Part shown: positions 1 through 9,044 of the stretch, in pieces
Position numbering within the stretch: the stretch's first letter is position 1
How the letters are laid out: the number at the start of each line of letters is the position of its first letter
DNA from: an uncultured archaeon
GTDB lineage: Archaea > Aenigmatarchaeota > Aenigmatarchaeia > CG10238-14 > SCSR01
Assembly (NCBI GenBank): GCA_964601215.1
Contig: CAZRMN010000002.1
Location: 2,314 to 57,081 of the forward strand
Direction: 5' to 3'
DNA length: 54,768 nucleotides
Notes under the pieces: generated by a model
Seen by the model: only the letters and a program-made list of their open reading frames with translations
The model's database searches: none
What the model was told of the DNA's origin: nothing
Position numbers and translations under genes: made by a program

Positions 1-237
1 ATTAATAGGAGTATCTGGATTTTCAGAAGACTTATTATACCTAACAATTCCATAAACTTCTCCACAATCACTATTCCTACAAGTTACGCTTGCATTTACC
101 TGAAAAGTAGTGTTTTGAACTACACTTAGAGTCCCAGAAGGATACACCAAATTAACCTCCAAATATTCTGCAAATACATTAACACTTAAGAAGAGAAAGG
201 TCAACACGAAAAAGTATAAAAGGAGTAATTCTCTCAT
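1..237 (-). CDS. 5' part of a secreted/surface protein (runs off the window start)
   Basis: Manual translation from ATG at 237: MRELLLLYFFVLTFLFLSVNVFA-EYLEVNLVYPSG...VNASVTCRNSDCGEVYGIVRYNKS; hydrophobic signal peptide ending VFA, N-x-S/T sequons; open to base 1; not in ORF track. Confidence 0.75.
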   Translation of the reverse strand, partial: MRELLLLYFFVLTFLFLSVNVFAEYLEVNLVYPSGTLSVVQNTTFQVNASVTCRNSDCGEVYGIVRYNKSSENPDTPIN

Positions 238-309
238 TCCTATCTATTAACAGTTAATTTTTTATTAATTTAATTGTTAATATTTTCATCTTTAATTGAA
301 AACAATTAG

Positions 310-729
310 TTGGTGTCGATGGAAGAGAAAGAAGAACTTCAGAAAAAAATAATCGCTTACAGGGTTTTAGAATCAAAACTTAACTCTTTTGTTAAACAAA
401 GGGATATTTTACTTTCCAAACTTGTAGAAATACAAAACACTTTAACAAGTATAGAAGAAATAAAAAAAAGAAAGGATGAAATTCTTTTCCCCTTAGGATC
501 AGAAACTTTCATGCGAGGGAGAATTGTTAGTAAAAACAAAATAATAGTTGGAATTGGAGCAAACATTGCTTTGGAAAAAAGCATAGAAGATGCTAAAAAA
601 ATTTTAGAAAAAAGAAAACTTGAAATAGAAACAAACCTGAATGAAATTCAAAAAAGTATTTTAAATATTTCTTCACAGCTAGAAAAACTCGGACCGGAAA
701 TAACTAAGCTTGCAGAAAGGTTAAAGTGA
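310..729 (+). CDS. pfdA: Prefoldin alpha subunit (ATG at 319 also possible)
   Basis: Coiled coil-beta hairpin-coiled coil pattern with PLGSETF and IIVGIGANIALEKSIEDA; conserved position upstream of ftsY. Confidence 0.92.
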   Translation: MVSMEEKEELQKKIIAYRVLESKLNSFVKQRDILLSKLVEIQNTLTSIEEIKKRKDEILFPLGSETFMRGRIVSKNKIIVGIGANIALEKSIEDAKKILEKRKLEIETNLNEIQKSILNISSQLEKLGPEITKLAERLK

Positions 730-1895
730 GAAAAATGTTTGGAATTTTAAAGAAAAAACTCAAAAAAGCAGTAGAATCGATTTCTAAAAAATTTAAGAAG
801 AAAGAAGCTATTGAAAAAAAGGTTGAAGAGGTAAAAGAAAAAATTGAGAAAGAAATAGAAGAGTTACCAAAAGAAAAACCAGAAAAGATAATTGAAGAGA
901 TAAAACCAGAAGTTGAAAAAATTCCAGAAGTGAAAGAGGAAGTTAAAAAAATAATAGAAGAAGCTAAGGAAGAATTGAAAGAAAAACCAAAAGAAAAAAA
1001 AAGTATTTTCAAGAAACTTACCGAAAAAATAGTAAAAAAAGTTAAAGAAAGAAAGCTAAGTGAAAAAGAATTAGAGCCAATAGTAGAAGAATTAGAAAAA
1101 GATTTGATAGAAGCTGATGTTGCTCTTGAAGTTGCTGAAAAAATAAAGGAAGACTTGAAAAAAAGTTTGGTTGGAAAAGAAGTAAAAAAGGGGGGGGAAA
1201 GAGAAATAATAATTGAAGCTTTAAAACAAAGTTTGTTGGAAATTCTTTCAGTTCCTAAGATTAATTTAGAAGAAATAATTAAAAAAGCAAAAAGTGAGAA
1301 CAGACCTGCTGTAATAATATTTTTTGGAATAAATGGAGTTGGAAAAAGTTTAAACCTTTCTAAAGTTGCTAAACTACTTAAGGATAAAAATTATAGACCA
1401 TTACTAGCTGCTGCAGATACTTTTAGAGCCGCGGGAAGCGAGCAATTAGAAATGTATGCGAAGAAAATTAACATTCCAGTGATTAGTGGAAGAAGAGGAG
1501 GCGACTCTTGTGCGGTAATTTTTGATGCAAAAAAATCGGCAGAAGCTAAAGGCTATGACGTGGTTTTAGCTGATACTAGTGGAAGAATGCATACTAAGAA
1601 AGATTTACTGGATGAACTAGCAAAAATTGTTAGAGTAAATAAACCAGACCTAAAAGTTTTGGTTCTTGATAGTTTAAGTGGGAGCGATGTCTTATACCAG
1701 TTTGAGTTTTTTGATAAGGCAGTAGGAATAGATGCAATCCTATTCTCAAAAGTTGATGTTAATGAAAAAGGTGGAAACATACTTTCTGTTTGTTACAAAT
1801 TCAAAAAACCAATACTTTTTCTTGGAACAGGTCAAGGGATGGATGATATAATTGAATATGAACCAAAAAAATTCGTGGAAAACATTCTTTCATAA
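726..1895 (+). CDS. ftsY: SRP receptor GTPase FtsY
   Basis: Charged N-terminal region, G1 GINGVGKS, DTFRAAG, DTSGR, SKVD, GTGQ motifs. Confidence 0.96.
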   Translation: MRKMFGILKKKLKKAVESISKKFKKKEAIEKKVEEVKEKIEKEIEELPKEKPEKIIEEIKPEVEKIPEVKEEVKKIIEEAKEELKEKPKEKKSIFKKLTEKIVKKVKERKLSEKELEPIVEELEKDLIEADVALEVAEKIKEDLKKSLVGKEVKKGGEREIIIEALKQSLLEILSVPKINLEEIIKKAKSENRPAVIIFFGINGVGKSLNLSKVAKLLKDKNYRPLLAAADTFRAAGSEQLEMYAKKINIPVISGRRGGDSCAVIFDAKKSAEAKGYDVVLADTSGRMHTKKDLLDELAKIVRVNKPDLKVLVLDSLSGSDVLYQFEFFDKAVGIDAILFSKVDVNEKGGNILSVCYKFKKPILFLGTGQGMDDIIEYEPKKFVENILS

Positions 1896-1935
1896 ATTTT
1901 TAAAAATAATTCTATATAGTAGTTAAAGTGAGCAA

Positions 1936-3258
1936 ATGTTCGATAGACTAAAAAATCTAAAAGATGTTATAAGAAGATTAGTTACTGGTACTACTATAGA
2001 TAAAAAAGCTGTAGAAGAAATACTAAAAGATTTGAAAACAATTCTATTGCAGGCTGATGTTGATTTAAAATTAACTGAGGAATTGATTGAAAGAATAAAA
2101 AAGAAATGCTTTGAACAAAAAATTCCCGCTGGCTTAACTCTTAGAGAGCATGTACTAAAAGTTATTTACGAGGAACTAGTCAATCTCTTAGGAGGGAAAC
2201 CTGCCAGTTTAATCGGAAAGAAAAAAATAATGTTTGTTGGACTTTTTGGTAGTGGGAAAACTACAAGCATAGCAAAACTTGGAAAATATTTACAAAAGCA
2301 AGGGTTAAAACCCGCTTTTGTCGCTTTAGATTACCATAGGCCTGCAGCTGTAGATCAATTAATTCAGCTAGCAAAACAAATTAATATCCCAGTTCATTTT
2401 GACGAAGGTGCAAACCCTTACAAAGCTGCAGAAGATGGATTAAACAAATTCAAGAATTACGATGCGATAATCTTTGATACTGCAGGGAGGAATGCTTTAG
2501 ACAAACAGCTTGCTGAAGAATTAAAAAAACTAGGAGAAATAATTAAACCAGATGAAGTTTTGCTTACAATTCCTGCTGATATAGGAAAAGTTGCTGGAAA
2601 ACAAGCAGAAGAATTCAACAATCTTGTTGGAATTACTGGAGTTGTAATTACAAGGATGGATGGAACAGCTAAAGGAGGCGGCGCACTAACTTCTTGTGCA
2701 GCTACTGGAGCAAAAGTCAAGTTCATAGGTACAGGAGAAAAGCTGGAAGATTTAGAAGTTTATGATCCAGAAAGATTTGTTTCTCGCTTGTTGGGTTTAG
2801 GTGACCTACAAACCCTTTTAGAAAAAGCTAAGGAAGCAGAAATTAAACCAGAAAAGGTTGAAAAAATAGTTGAGGGTAAATTCACTTTGAAAGATTTCTA
2901 TGAACAAATAGAAGCTTTAAGTAAAATGGGGCCGCTCAAACAAATTGCAAGCATGATTCCAGGTTTTGGAATGATAAAACTTCCAGAAAACTTGCTAGAA
3001 GTTCAGGAGGAAAAAATGAAGCATTTCAAATATATAATTCAAAGCATGACAGAAGAAGAAAGGGAAAATCCAGCAATAATCAATGCTTCAAGAATTAAAA
3101 GAATAGCAAAAGGTTCGGGAAGACCAGAATCTGAAGTAAGAGAACTTTTAAGTCAGTATGAAAAGATGAAAAAAATGATTAAAAGCTTTGGTGGAATGAA
3201 AGGTTTGAAAAGAGGAGCCTTAAAACAACTTGCAAAAAGATTTGGTTTTAAATTATGA
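1936..3258 (+). CDS. srp54: Signal recognition particle protein SRP54
   Basis: GLFGSGKTT, DTAGR, TRMDGTAKGGGAL, M-domain SMTEEERENP...SRIKRIAKGSG. Confidence 0.98.
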   Translation: MFDRLKNLKDVIRRLVTGTTIDKKAVEEILKDLKTILLQADVDLKLTEELIERIKKKCFEQKIPAGLTLREHVLKVIYEELVNLLGGKPASLIGKKKIMFVGLFGSGKTTSIAKLGKYLQKQGLKPAFVALDYHRPAAVDQLIQLAKQINIPVHFDEGANPYKAAEDGLNKFKNYDAIIFDTAGRNALDKQLAEELKKLGEIIKPDEVLLTIPADIGKVAGKQAEEFNNLVGITGVVITRMDGTAKGGGALTSCAATGAKVKFIGTGEKLEDLEVYDPERFVSRLLGLGDLQTLLEKAKEAEIKPEKVEKIVEGKFTLKDFYEQIEALSKMGPLKQIASMIPGFGMIKLPENLLEVQEEKMKHFKYIIQSMTEEERENPAIINASRIKRIAKGSGRPESEVRELLSQYEKMKKMIKSFGGMKGLKRGALKQLAKRFGFKL

Positions 3259-4100
3259 GAAATGTAATTTTCTTTTTCATTGGTATTTTTTTATTAACTC
3301 AAGCTTTAGGTTTATACGTCGGAGCTGAATATATAAATCTAATAAGAGTGGGGGCAGCTACTCCAGCCTTCGAAAATCCGGAAAATATTGAGAACTCGTT
3401 TATTCTAATTTTTTACATTCTTGTAACTACAGGAATAATAATTCTTGTTATAAAGTTCAAAAGAGTTTTGCTTAAGGTAATAGAAGCTTTAGCTGTATTC
3501 TTTGCCTCTTCTGTAACCTTTTGTGTTTTGTTTCCTGTAGAAATCTTTTACCTGCCAGTTTGTTTTTTCCTTTCACTAGCTCTAACTCTCTGGAAAGTTT
3601 TAAAGCCCAACGCAATAAATCAAAACTTAGCAGTAATTTTTTCAATCTCTGGAGCAGGCGCTTTACTTGGCGCGTCCCTAGGTTTTTTACCAGTTTTAAT
3701 ATTTATAATCGCTCTATGTGTTTATGATTTTATCTCTGTTTTTGTTACTAAACACATGAAATACATAGCAAAAGAAATTTCAAAAACACCTACAGCTTTT
3801 TCTGCAGCTTTTCCTTACAAATTTAAAAAACCGATTAAATTTGAAGTTGGAAAAAGAAAATTGAAAAAGAGATTTCACATCTACCAGCTTGGTGGTGGCG
3901 ATTTAGCAATACCTTTAGTTTTTTCAGTTTCTGTTTTAAAAGAATTTGGTTTGTTACAATCTATAGCTTCAATTCTTGGTGCATTAATTGCACTTTGTTT
4001 AACCATATACTTTGTCTTAAAAAAACCTGGAAGAGCTCTACCAGCTTTGCCATGGATAAGTTCTGGCATGCTGTTAGGGTTCTTAATTTCTCTTATTTAA
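3255..4100 (+). CDS. Presenilin/signal-peptide-peptidase family (GxGD) intramembrane aspartyl protease
   Basis: Multiple TM segments; YD (CVYDFISVF), LGGGD and PALP motifs intact. Confidence 0.9.
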   Translation: MRNVIFFFIGIFLLTQALGLYVGAEYINLIRVGAATPAFENPENIENSFILIFYILVTTGIIILVIKFKRVLLKVIEALAVFFASSVTFCVLFPVEIFYLPVCFFLSLALTLWKVLKPNAINQNLAVIFSISGAGALLGASLGFLPVLIFIIALCVYDFISVFVTKHMKYIAKEISKTPTAFSAAFPYKFKKPIKFEVGKRKLKKRFHIYQLGGGDLAIPLVFSVSVLKEFGLLQSIASILGALIALCLTIYFVLKKPGRALPALPWISSGMLLGFLISLI

Positions 4101-4806
4101 AAACTTGTTCGGTTGGGTAAACTATAATTCCATCTTTAGTTATTCTTATCGGATGTATTCCTGTATCATGATCTGTATTTCTCATTTTTCTTATCGATAA
4201 AGCTCTAGTAAAAACGTTTCCTTCTTTTAAATAATAGAGAATTATTATACCATCAACAATAAATTCTTCTACACCAAAAGCTGAAATGCCTGTTGTACCT
4301 TCTGTAAGTTCGGATATTAAAATAGTTGTACAACCCAATTTTCTCAACATTCTGCTTAATTCAAAAATTCCTTTTCTAACTTCTAAAGGTTTCTCAAAAA
4401 AAAGACCTAAGATTGTTGATTGGTCTATCACTAACCTTTTTGCTTTTATTCTATCTACTTCATCTTGAATTAACATTTTTAATTTATCAAAGTTGTAAAG
4501 TTCGGCTTTAATGACAGAAATTAATTTTTTTTTGATCAAATTATTTAAATTCCAGCCGAAAGTTACAGATACACTCTTAATGATTCTTTCGGGTTCTTCT
4601 TCTAAGCTTATGTAAACTCCAGGCTCTTTGTATTTTACCGCTCCATTATAGAGAAATTGAAATGCAAAAAGTGTTTTACCAGAACCAGCAACTCCTGAAA
4701 GCAGAATGGTAGACTGAGCTGGTATTCCTCCGCTAATTAATTCGTCTAAACCTTTAATTCCAGTTTTAACTCTTTCTATTTTTGTCATTCTATACATATT
4801 TATCAA
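4093..4806 (-). CDS. Single-domain KaiC/RAD55-like RecA-fold ATPase
   Basis: KTGIKGLDELISGGIP, Walker A GVAGSGKT, SLEE, VIDQST, KMR. Confidence 0.9.
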   Translation of the reverse strand: MINMYRMTKIERVKTGIKGLDELISGGIPAQSTILLSGVAGSGKTLFAFQFLYNGAVKYKEPGVYISLEEEPERIIKSVSVTFGWNLNNLIKKKLISVIKAELYNFDKLKMLIQDEVDRIKAKRLVIDQSTILGLFFEKPLEVRKGIFELSRMLRKLGCTTILISELTEGTTGISAFGVEEFIVDGIIILYYLKEGNVFTRALSIRKMRNTDHDTGIHPIRITKDGIIVYPTEQVFK

Positions 4807-4830
4807 TTTATAAATTAAAATTTCATTTAT

Positions 4831-5409
4831 ATGACAGTTAAAAATTTAAAGGAACTAGAAAAAGAGCTCAGAAATTTACCACCAAACAGTGTTGTAATGT
4901 TTATAACAGAAGCTGAAACCTATTTTAAAGATATAGTAAGAATAGTTAAGATTTTAGTCAACACTTTAGAGTTAGATGGGATTTATATAAGTGTAAACAA
5001 ACCATACCAAAGTTTAGTTGAATTATTTAAAAAAAATAAAATTAACTTTGATAAAGTATTTTTTATCGATTGCATAACAAAAACAGTAGGAGGAAAACCA
5101 GAAATAACAAAAAATTGTTTGTTCATAGCCTCTCCTCAAAATCTAACAGAATTGGGAATAGCTTTGTCTCAAGCTATGGAAGCCATGAAAGAAAAGAAAA
5201 ATAAATTTTTAATACTTGATTCACTTTCCACATTATTAGTTTATAATAGTGCTGGAACTATTGCCAGGTTTAGCCATTTTTTAACAACAAGAATAAGGTT
5301 ATCTAAATTTAAAGGTATTTTTATAATAGTAGAAAAGGAGATGGACAAAAAATTATTATGTACATTAAAAGAATTTTGTGACAGAGCGATCAAATTAAAA
5401 ATTGGTTGA
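4831..5409 (+). CDS. Degenerate KaiC-like domain protein lacking Walker A
   Basis: YISVNKPY, FFIDCIT, LILDSLSTLLVYNS typical of inactive KaiC-like folds; no GxxxxGKT. Confidence 0.7.
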   Translation: MTVKNLKELEKELRNLPPNSVVMFITEAETYFKDIVRIVKILVNTLELDGIYISVNKPYQSLVELFKKNKINFDKVFFIDCITKTVGGKPEITKNCLFIASPQNLTELGIALSQAMEAMKEKKNKFLILDSLSTLLVYNSAGTIARFSHFLTTRIRLSKFKGIFIIVEKEMDKKLLCTLKEFCDRAIKLKIG

Positions 5410-5758
5410 TAGTATGATATTTGAATATCTGGTAATGAATTTAACTGGAATAATAATTGGATTTTTTACTTTTTTGTGGCTTTTTGTTTCAAGTAATAGG
5501 TTTCTTAAGGGTATTGTTAAAAAATTCTTGGATAAAATAATGGCAGGAGTATTATTCCTGTATTTCAGTGTTGTATCATCTTTTATAATAGAACTTTACA
5601 GTTTATATGAAACTCCAGTAGAAATACCAAGATATTTATTCCTAATCATAGGATTTCTCTTTCTCTACTGGGCATCTTTGGATATAAACGAAATCTCAAA
5701 AGTTTTGGGTTTTAAATCCGAGGCTGTTCCAAAAAAATTGAAAAAAATATTAAAATAA
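5402..5758 (+). CDS. Small multi-pass membrane protein
   Basis: Three hydrophobic stretches and a basic tail; overlaps the upstream gene. Confidence 0.7.
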   Translation: MVDSMIFEYLVMNLTGIIIGFFTFLWLFVSSNRFLKGIVKKFLDKIMAGVLFLYFSVVSSFIIELYSLYETPVEIPRYLFLIIGFLFLYWASLDINEISKVLGFKSEAVPKKLKKILK

Positions 5759-5782
5759 ACGGTTTTTTAGACGGTTTTTATA

Positions 5783-7078
5783 GTGATTAAAATGAAAATA
5801 AAAGAAAAGACAATAGAAATACTTAAGCTTGGTTATGTGTGCGATAATTGCTTAGGAAGACAGTTTTCTCAATTACTTAGTGGTTATACCAATAAAGAAA
5901 GAGGAAAAATTATTCGAACCTTTATAGCTATGGTAATAGACTCAGGTGAAAAAATAAGTGTAGACTTCTCAAACTTTTATGGAATAAAGTTTTTAAATGA
6001 AAGAATAAAACCAGAAAAACCTAGAAAATGCGTGATATGCAAAGGGTTTTTTGAAGAAAAAATAGAAAAAATTGCAGAAAAAATTGTTAAAAAAATAAAA
6101 AAATATGAATTCAACACTTTTCTTATTGGTTCAATTTTAAGCGATGAATTATTGAAAGCTGAAGAAGAATTGTGGAAAAAAGTTGGTATTGAATTCTGCG
6201 AAACCATAAAATCTGAAATAAACAGAGAACTTGGAAAAATTGTCAAAAGAAAACTTAAAAAGAAATTTGAAACAAAAAATCCTGATATAACTATTATAGT
6301 TAACTTGAAGAAGAATAAAATAAAAGTTGAGATAAGAAGTTTGTATATCCTTGGCGAGTACAAAAAAATAGTTAGAGGGATACCACAAACCAAATGGACT
6401 TGTAAGTATTGTAAAGGAAAAGGATGTAAGTATTGTAATTGGAAAGGCAAGATGTACCCTACTTCTGTCCAAGAAATAATAGAAAAACCTTTTTTGAAAC
6501 TTACAAAAGGTGAAAAAACAAAATTTCACGGAGCTGGTAGAGAAGACATAGATGCTAGATGCTTGGATTACAGGCCATTTGTAATAGAAGTAGTTAAACC
6601 AATAAAAAGGAAGTTAAATCTCAAACAAATTGAAAAAGAAATAAACAAGTCAAAAAAAGTAAAAGTTAGAAAATTAAAGTTTACAACTAAAGAAACTATA
6701 AGAAAAATTAAAACAGCTAGGCTAGATAAAACATATTTTGCAGAAGTTTGGTTTGAAAATAATATTGAAAAAGATAAACTAAAAGAATTGAAAAGTTTGG
6801 CTAATGCGAAAATATTTCAAAAAACTCCTTTGAGAGTATTACACAGAAGAGCAAACAAACTAAGAAAAAGAAAAGTTAAAGAAATTTCTTGGAAAATTGT
6901 TGGAAGAAAAAAACTTGAACTGAAAATAAAAGCTGAAAGTGGGTTATATATTAAGGAACTTATTACTGGTGACAAAGGAAGAACTAAACCTAGTGTTGCC
7001 CAAATCCTAAACAATAAAGTTAAAAAGATAAACTTAGATGTTATAAAAATACATAAAAAGGGTGAGAAGTTTGGTTAA
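5783..7078 (+). CDS. pus10: tRNA pseudouridine(54/55) synthase Pus10
   Basis: N-terminal CDNCLGRQF, RGIPQTKW, FHGAGREDIDA catalytic motif, GLYIKELITGD. Confidence 0.96.
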   Translation: MIKMKIKEKTIEILKLGYVCDNCLGRQFSQLLSGYTNKERGKIIRTFIAMVIDSGEKISVDFSNFYGIKFLNERIKPEKPRKCVICKGFFEEKIEKIAEKIVKKIKKYEFNTFLIGSILSDELLKAEEELWKKVGIEFCETIKSEINRELGKIVKRKLKKKFETKNPDITIIVNLKKNKIKVEIRSLYILGEYKKIVRGIPQTKWTCKYCKGKGCKYCNWKGKMYPTSVQEIIEKPFLKLTKGEKTKFHGAGREDIDARCLDYRPFVIEVVKPIKRKLNLKQIEKEINKSKKVKVRKLKFTTKETIRKIKTARLDKTYFAEVWFENNIEKDKLKELKSLANAKIFQKTPLRVLHRRANKLRKRKVKEISWKIVGRKKLELKIKAESGLYIKELITGDKGRTKPSVAQILNNKVKKINLDVIKIHKKGEKFG

Positions 7079-7358
7079 GAAGTCGAGGGGTAAAAGAACT
7101 AAAACTAGAAAAAAGCTCAGACAAAAACCTGGTTATAGACCGCCAATAACTAAGTTTTTGCAAGAATTCAAGATAAACCAAAGAGTAGTTATAATGCCAG
7201 AACCCTCTTCCCAAAAAGGAATGCCACATCAAAGGTTCAAGGGTAGAGTAGGCAAAATAATAGGCAAGAGGGGTAAAAGTTATATTGTTGAAGTTAAAAA
7301 CGGTAATAAGGTGAAAAAGATAATTTCAAGACCAGAACACTTAAGGCGGTTTGAATGA
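7062..7358 (+). CDS. rpl21e: 50S ribosomal protein L21e
   Basis: KKSRGKRTKTRKKL, GMPHQRFKGRVG, RPEHL. Confidence 0.96.
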   Translation: MRSLVKKSRGKRTKTRKKLRQKPGYRPPITKFLQEFKINQRVVIMPEPSSQKGMPHQRFKGRVGKIIGKRGKSYIVEVKNGNKVKKIISRPEHLRRFE

Positions 7359-7681
7359 AAATAATAAAAGAAAAGTTAATAACAGATGCGGAGGCAAAGG
7401 AAATTTTAGAGAAAAAGGCTAAAAATGAAGAGTTAAAGTATGAACAAAAGAATGCTTTAGAAATTTTGAAAAAATTCGTAGAGTTTAAACCGGAAAGAAT
7501 AAAAAAGCTGGTGGAAGAACTAAAGAAAATTGAAAAATTAAGGGATAAACAAATAATTGCCATAGCTAATTCTTTGCCCGAAGATAAGGATGATTTGAGA
7601 GTAGTTTTGCATAAAGAATATACGAGCTTTACACCAGAAGAAATAGACCAAATTCTGCAGACGATAAAAAAAGTTATTTGA
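7355..7681 (+). CDS. rpoF: RNA polymerase subunit F (Rpo4)
   Basis: ELKYEQKNALE, IANSLPEDKDDLR; canonical rpl21e-rpoF-DUF655 order. Confidence 0.9.
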   Translation: MKIIKEKLITDAEAKEILEKKAKNEELKYEQKNALEILKKFVEFKPERIKKLVEELKKIEKLRDKQIIAIANSLPEDKDDLRVVLHKEYTSFTPEEIDQILQTIKKVI

Positions 7682-7696
7682 TTTTGGTGATTTTGA

Positions 7697-8245
7697 ATGA
7701 AAAAGGATGAATATGTAATAGTGTTAGATTTTCTTCCTCATGGAAAACCAAGCGACAGAAAAGCAGAACCTATAGCTCAAACTATAGGGGAGAAATATTT
7801 CAATCTTTTAGAAGTTGTTATAAAAGATGGAATAGAAGTTAAACCTAGGGAAAGGCTTTATGTGGGGGAAGAAAAAAGAGATAAGGTAAAGTACATAAGA
7901 GGAAGGATAAATTATAATGAATTGACAAATTTCGCGAAGAATGAATTAGAAGAAGTATTAAAAGAAATTATTACTAAGGATGAAAAAAGGTTTGTAAATA
8001 TCTTTAATATTGCTGGTCCTATAACAACAAGAATGCATATGCTAGAACTATTGCCGGGCGTAGGGAAAAAACATTTATGGGATATAATTAAAGAAAGGAA
8101 GAAAAAACCTTTTGAAAATTTTAAAGACTTACAGGAAAGAGTTGGAATGCTTCCTGATCCAAGAAAAATGATAATAAAAAGAATAATAAACGAACTGGAA
8201 GGAAAGGATAGACACAAGCTTTTTGTTGCTTCTGGTTTTATTTAA
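7697..8245 (+). CDS. DUF655 family putative RNA-binding protein
   Basis: VLDFLPHG, LELLPGVGKK HhH motif, PFENFKDLQERV. Confidence 0.92.
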   Translation: MKKDEYVIVLDFLPHGKPSDRKAEPIAQTIGEKYFNLLEVVIKDGIEVKPRERLYVGEEKRDKVKYIRGRINYNELTNFAKNELEEVLKEIITKDEKRFVNIFNIAGPITTRMHMLELLPGVGKKHLWDIIKERKKKPFENFKDLQERVGMLPDPRKMIIKRIINELEGKDRHKLFVASGFI

Positions 8246-8461
8246 TCATTCTTCTGAAACTTTTTTTACTGCTACAGCTACTGAAATCCATAGTAGTCCG
8301 CCTAGTAAAAAAAGCACGAAGGAAATGAGAAGTGCAAAACTAAAGCTTAAGTCGGAAACTCCTAAACCTTTTTCTAGATGTCCTGAAATCATCGAGCCGA
8401 GTAGTATACATATAGTACCCAAAACCCAAAAAGTTACGATCTTCCAGTTTTTTTTGGCCAT
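8246..8461 (-). CDS. Small two-helix membrane protein
   Basis: Two hydrophobic segments; fills the gap between genes. Confidence 0.65.
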   Translation of the reverse strand: MAKKNWKIVTFWVLGTICILLGSMISGHLEKGLGVSDLSFSFALLISFVLFLLGGLLWISVAVAVKKVSEE

Positions 8462-8491
8462 ACTCTCTACTTTTACATAAATTTTTAAAAT

Positions 8492-8749
8492 TTATAAACT
8501 TCTTGTTATTCCAGTAACTTCTACTTCTCCAACTTCTTCTATAGTTTTAAGTTTTTTTTCTAGATTTTCAAGCTCTCCTTCTGCATCTGGAATTACTTTA
8601 ACTACACGAATAGCAACTAAGCCAAAAGCTATTGGTTCGCGTTGAATTCTCTCTGGGTTTATAGCTGTTTTTATCTTTTCTTCAAGCTTGTCTAAATCTA
8701 CTTCCACAGTTTTGGGCAAAACTTTTAAACCAACTATTACTTCAGCCAT
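8492..8749 (-). CDS. ef1b: Elongation factor 1-beta (start placed at ATG 8749)
   Basis: MAEVIVGLKVLP, EPIAFGLVA, EVGEVEV. Confidence 0.93.
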   Translation of the reverse strand: MAEVIVGLKVLPKTVEVDLDKLEEKIKTAINPERIQREPIAFGLVAIRVVKVIPDAEGELENLEKKLKTIEEVGEVEVTGITRSL

Positions 8750-8750
8750 G

Positions 8751-8915
8751 TTAAGGACCTGTAAAACCACACTTTGGACAAGTATACTTATTGCTCAAAG
8801 CTTTACAAGTTGAGCATCTAACTATTAAAGCTTCTCCACAGTTAGGGCATTTAAACTTAACAAAATTGTCTTTAGCTAGTACATTTACCTTGCAAGTTAT
8901 GCACTTAAGTTGCAT
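8751..8915 (-). CDS. Conserved archaeal double Zn-ribbon small protein (DUF1610/HVO_2753-like), 54 aa
   Basis: Manual translation MQLKCITCKVNVLAKDNFVKFKCPNCGEALIVRCSTCKALSNKYTCPKCGFTGP; conserved position upstream of EF-1beta; absent from ORF track. Confidence 0.92.
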   Translation of the reverse strand: MQLKCITCKVNVLAKDNFVKFKCPNCGEALIVRCSTCKALSNKYTCPKCGFTGP

Positions 8916-8968
8916 TATTTAAGCTTAGTAATAATAATTTTTATAAGTTACGCTTAATTCTTATTACT

Positions 8969-9043
8969 GCCCTCGTAGTGTAGTCTGGATAACACGCCAC
9001 CCTGCGGAGGTGGAAATCCTGGGTTCAAATCCCAGCGAGGGCA
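8969..9043 (+). tRNA. tRNA-Arg(GCG), no intron, CCA not encoded
   Basis: GCCCTCG/CGAGGGC acceptor stem, CCACC-CTGCGGA-GGTGG anticodon arm, CTGGG-TTCAAAT-CCCAG T arm. Confidence 0.96.
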
Positions 9044-9044
9044 T

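Noticed and set aside
1190-1197. G8 homopolymer in ftsY as a phase-variation site
   Set aside because: The frame is intact (KKGGE) and the gene is essential; there is no sign of a switch
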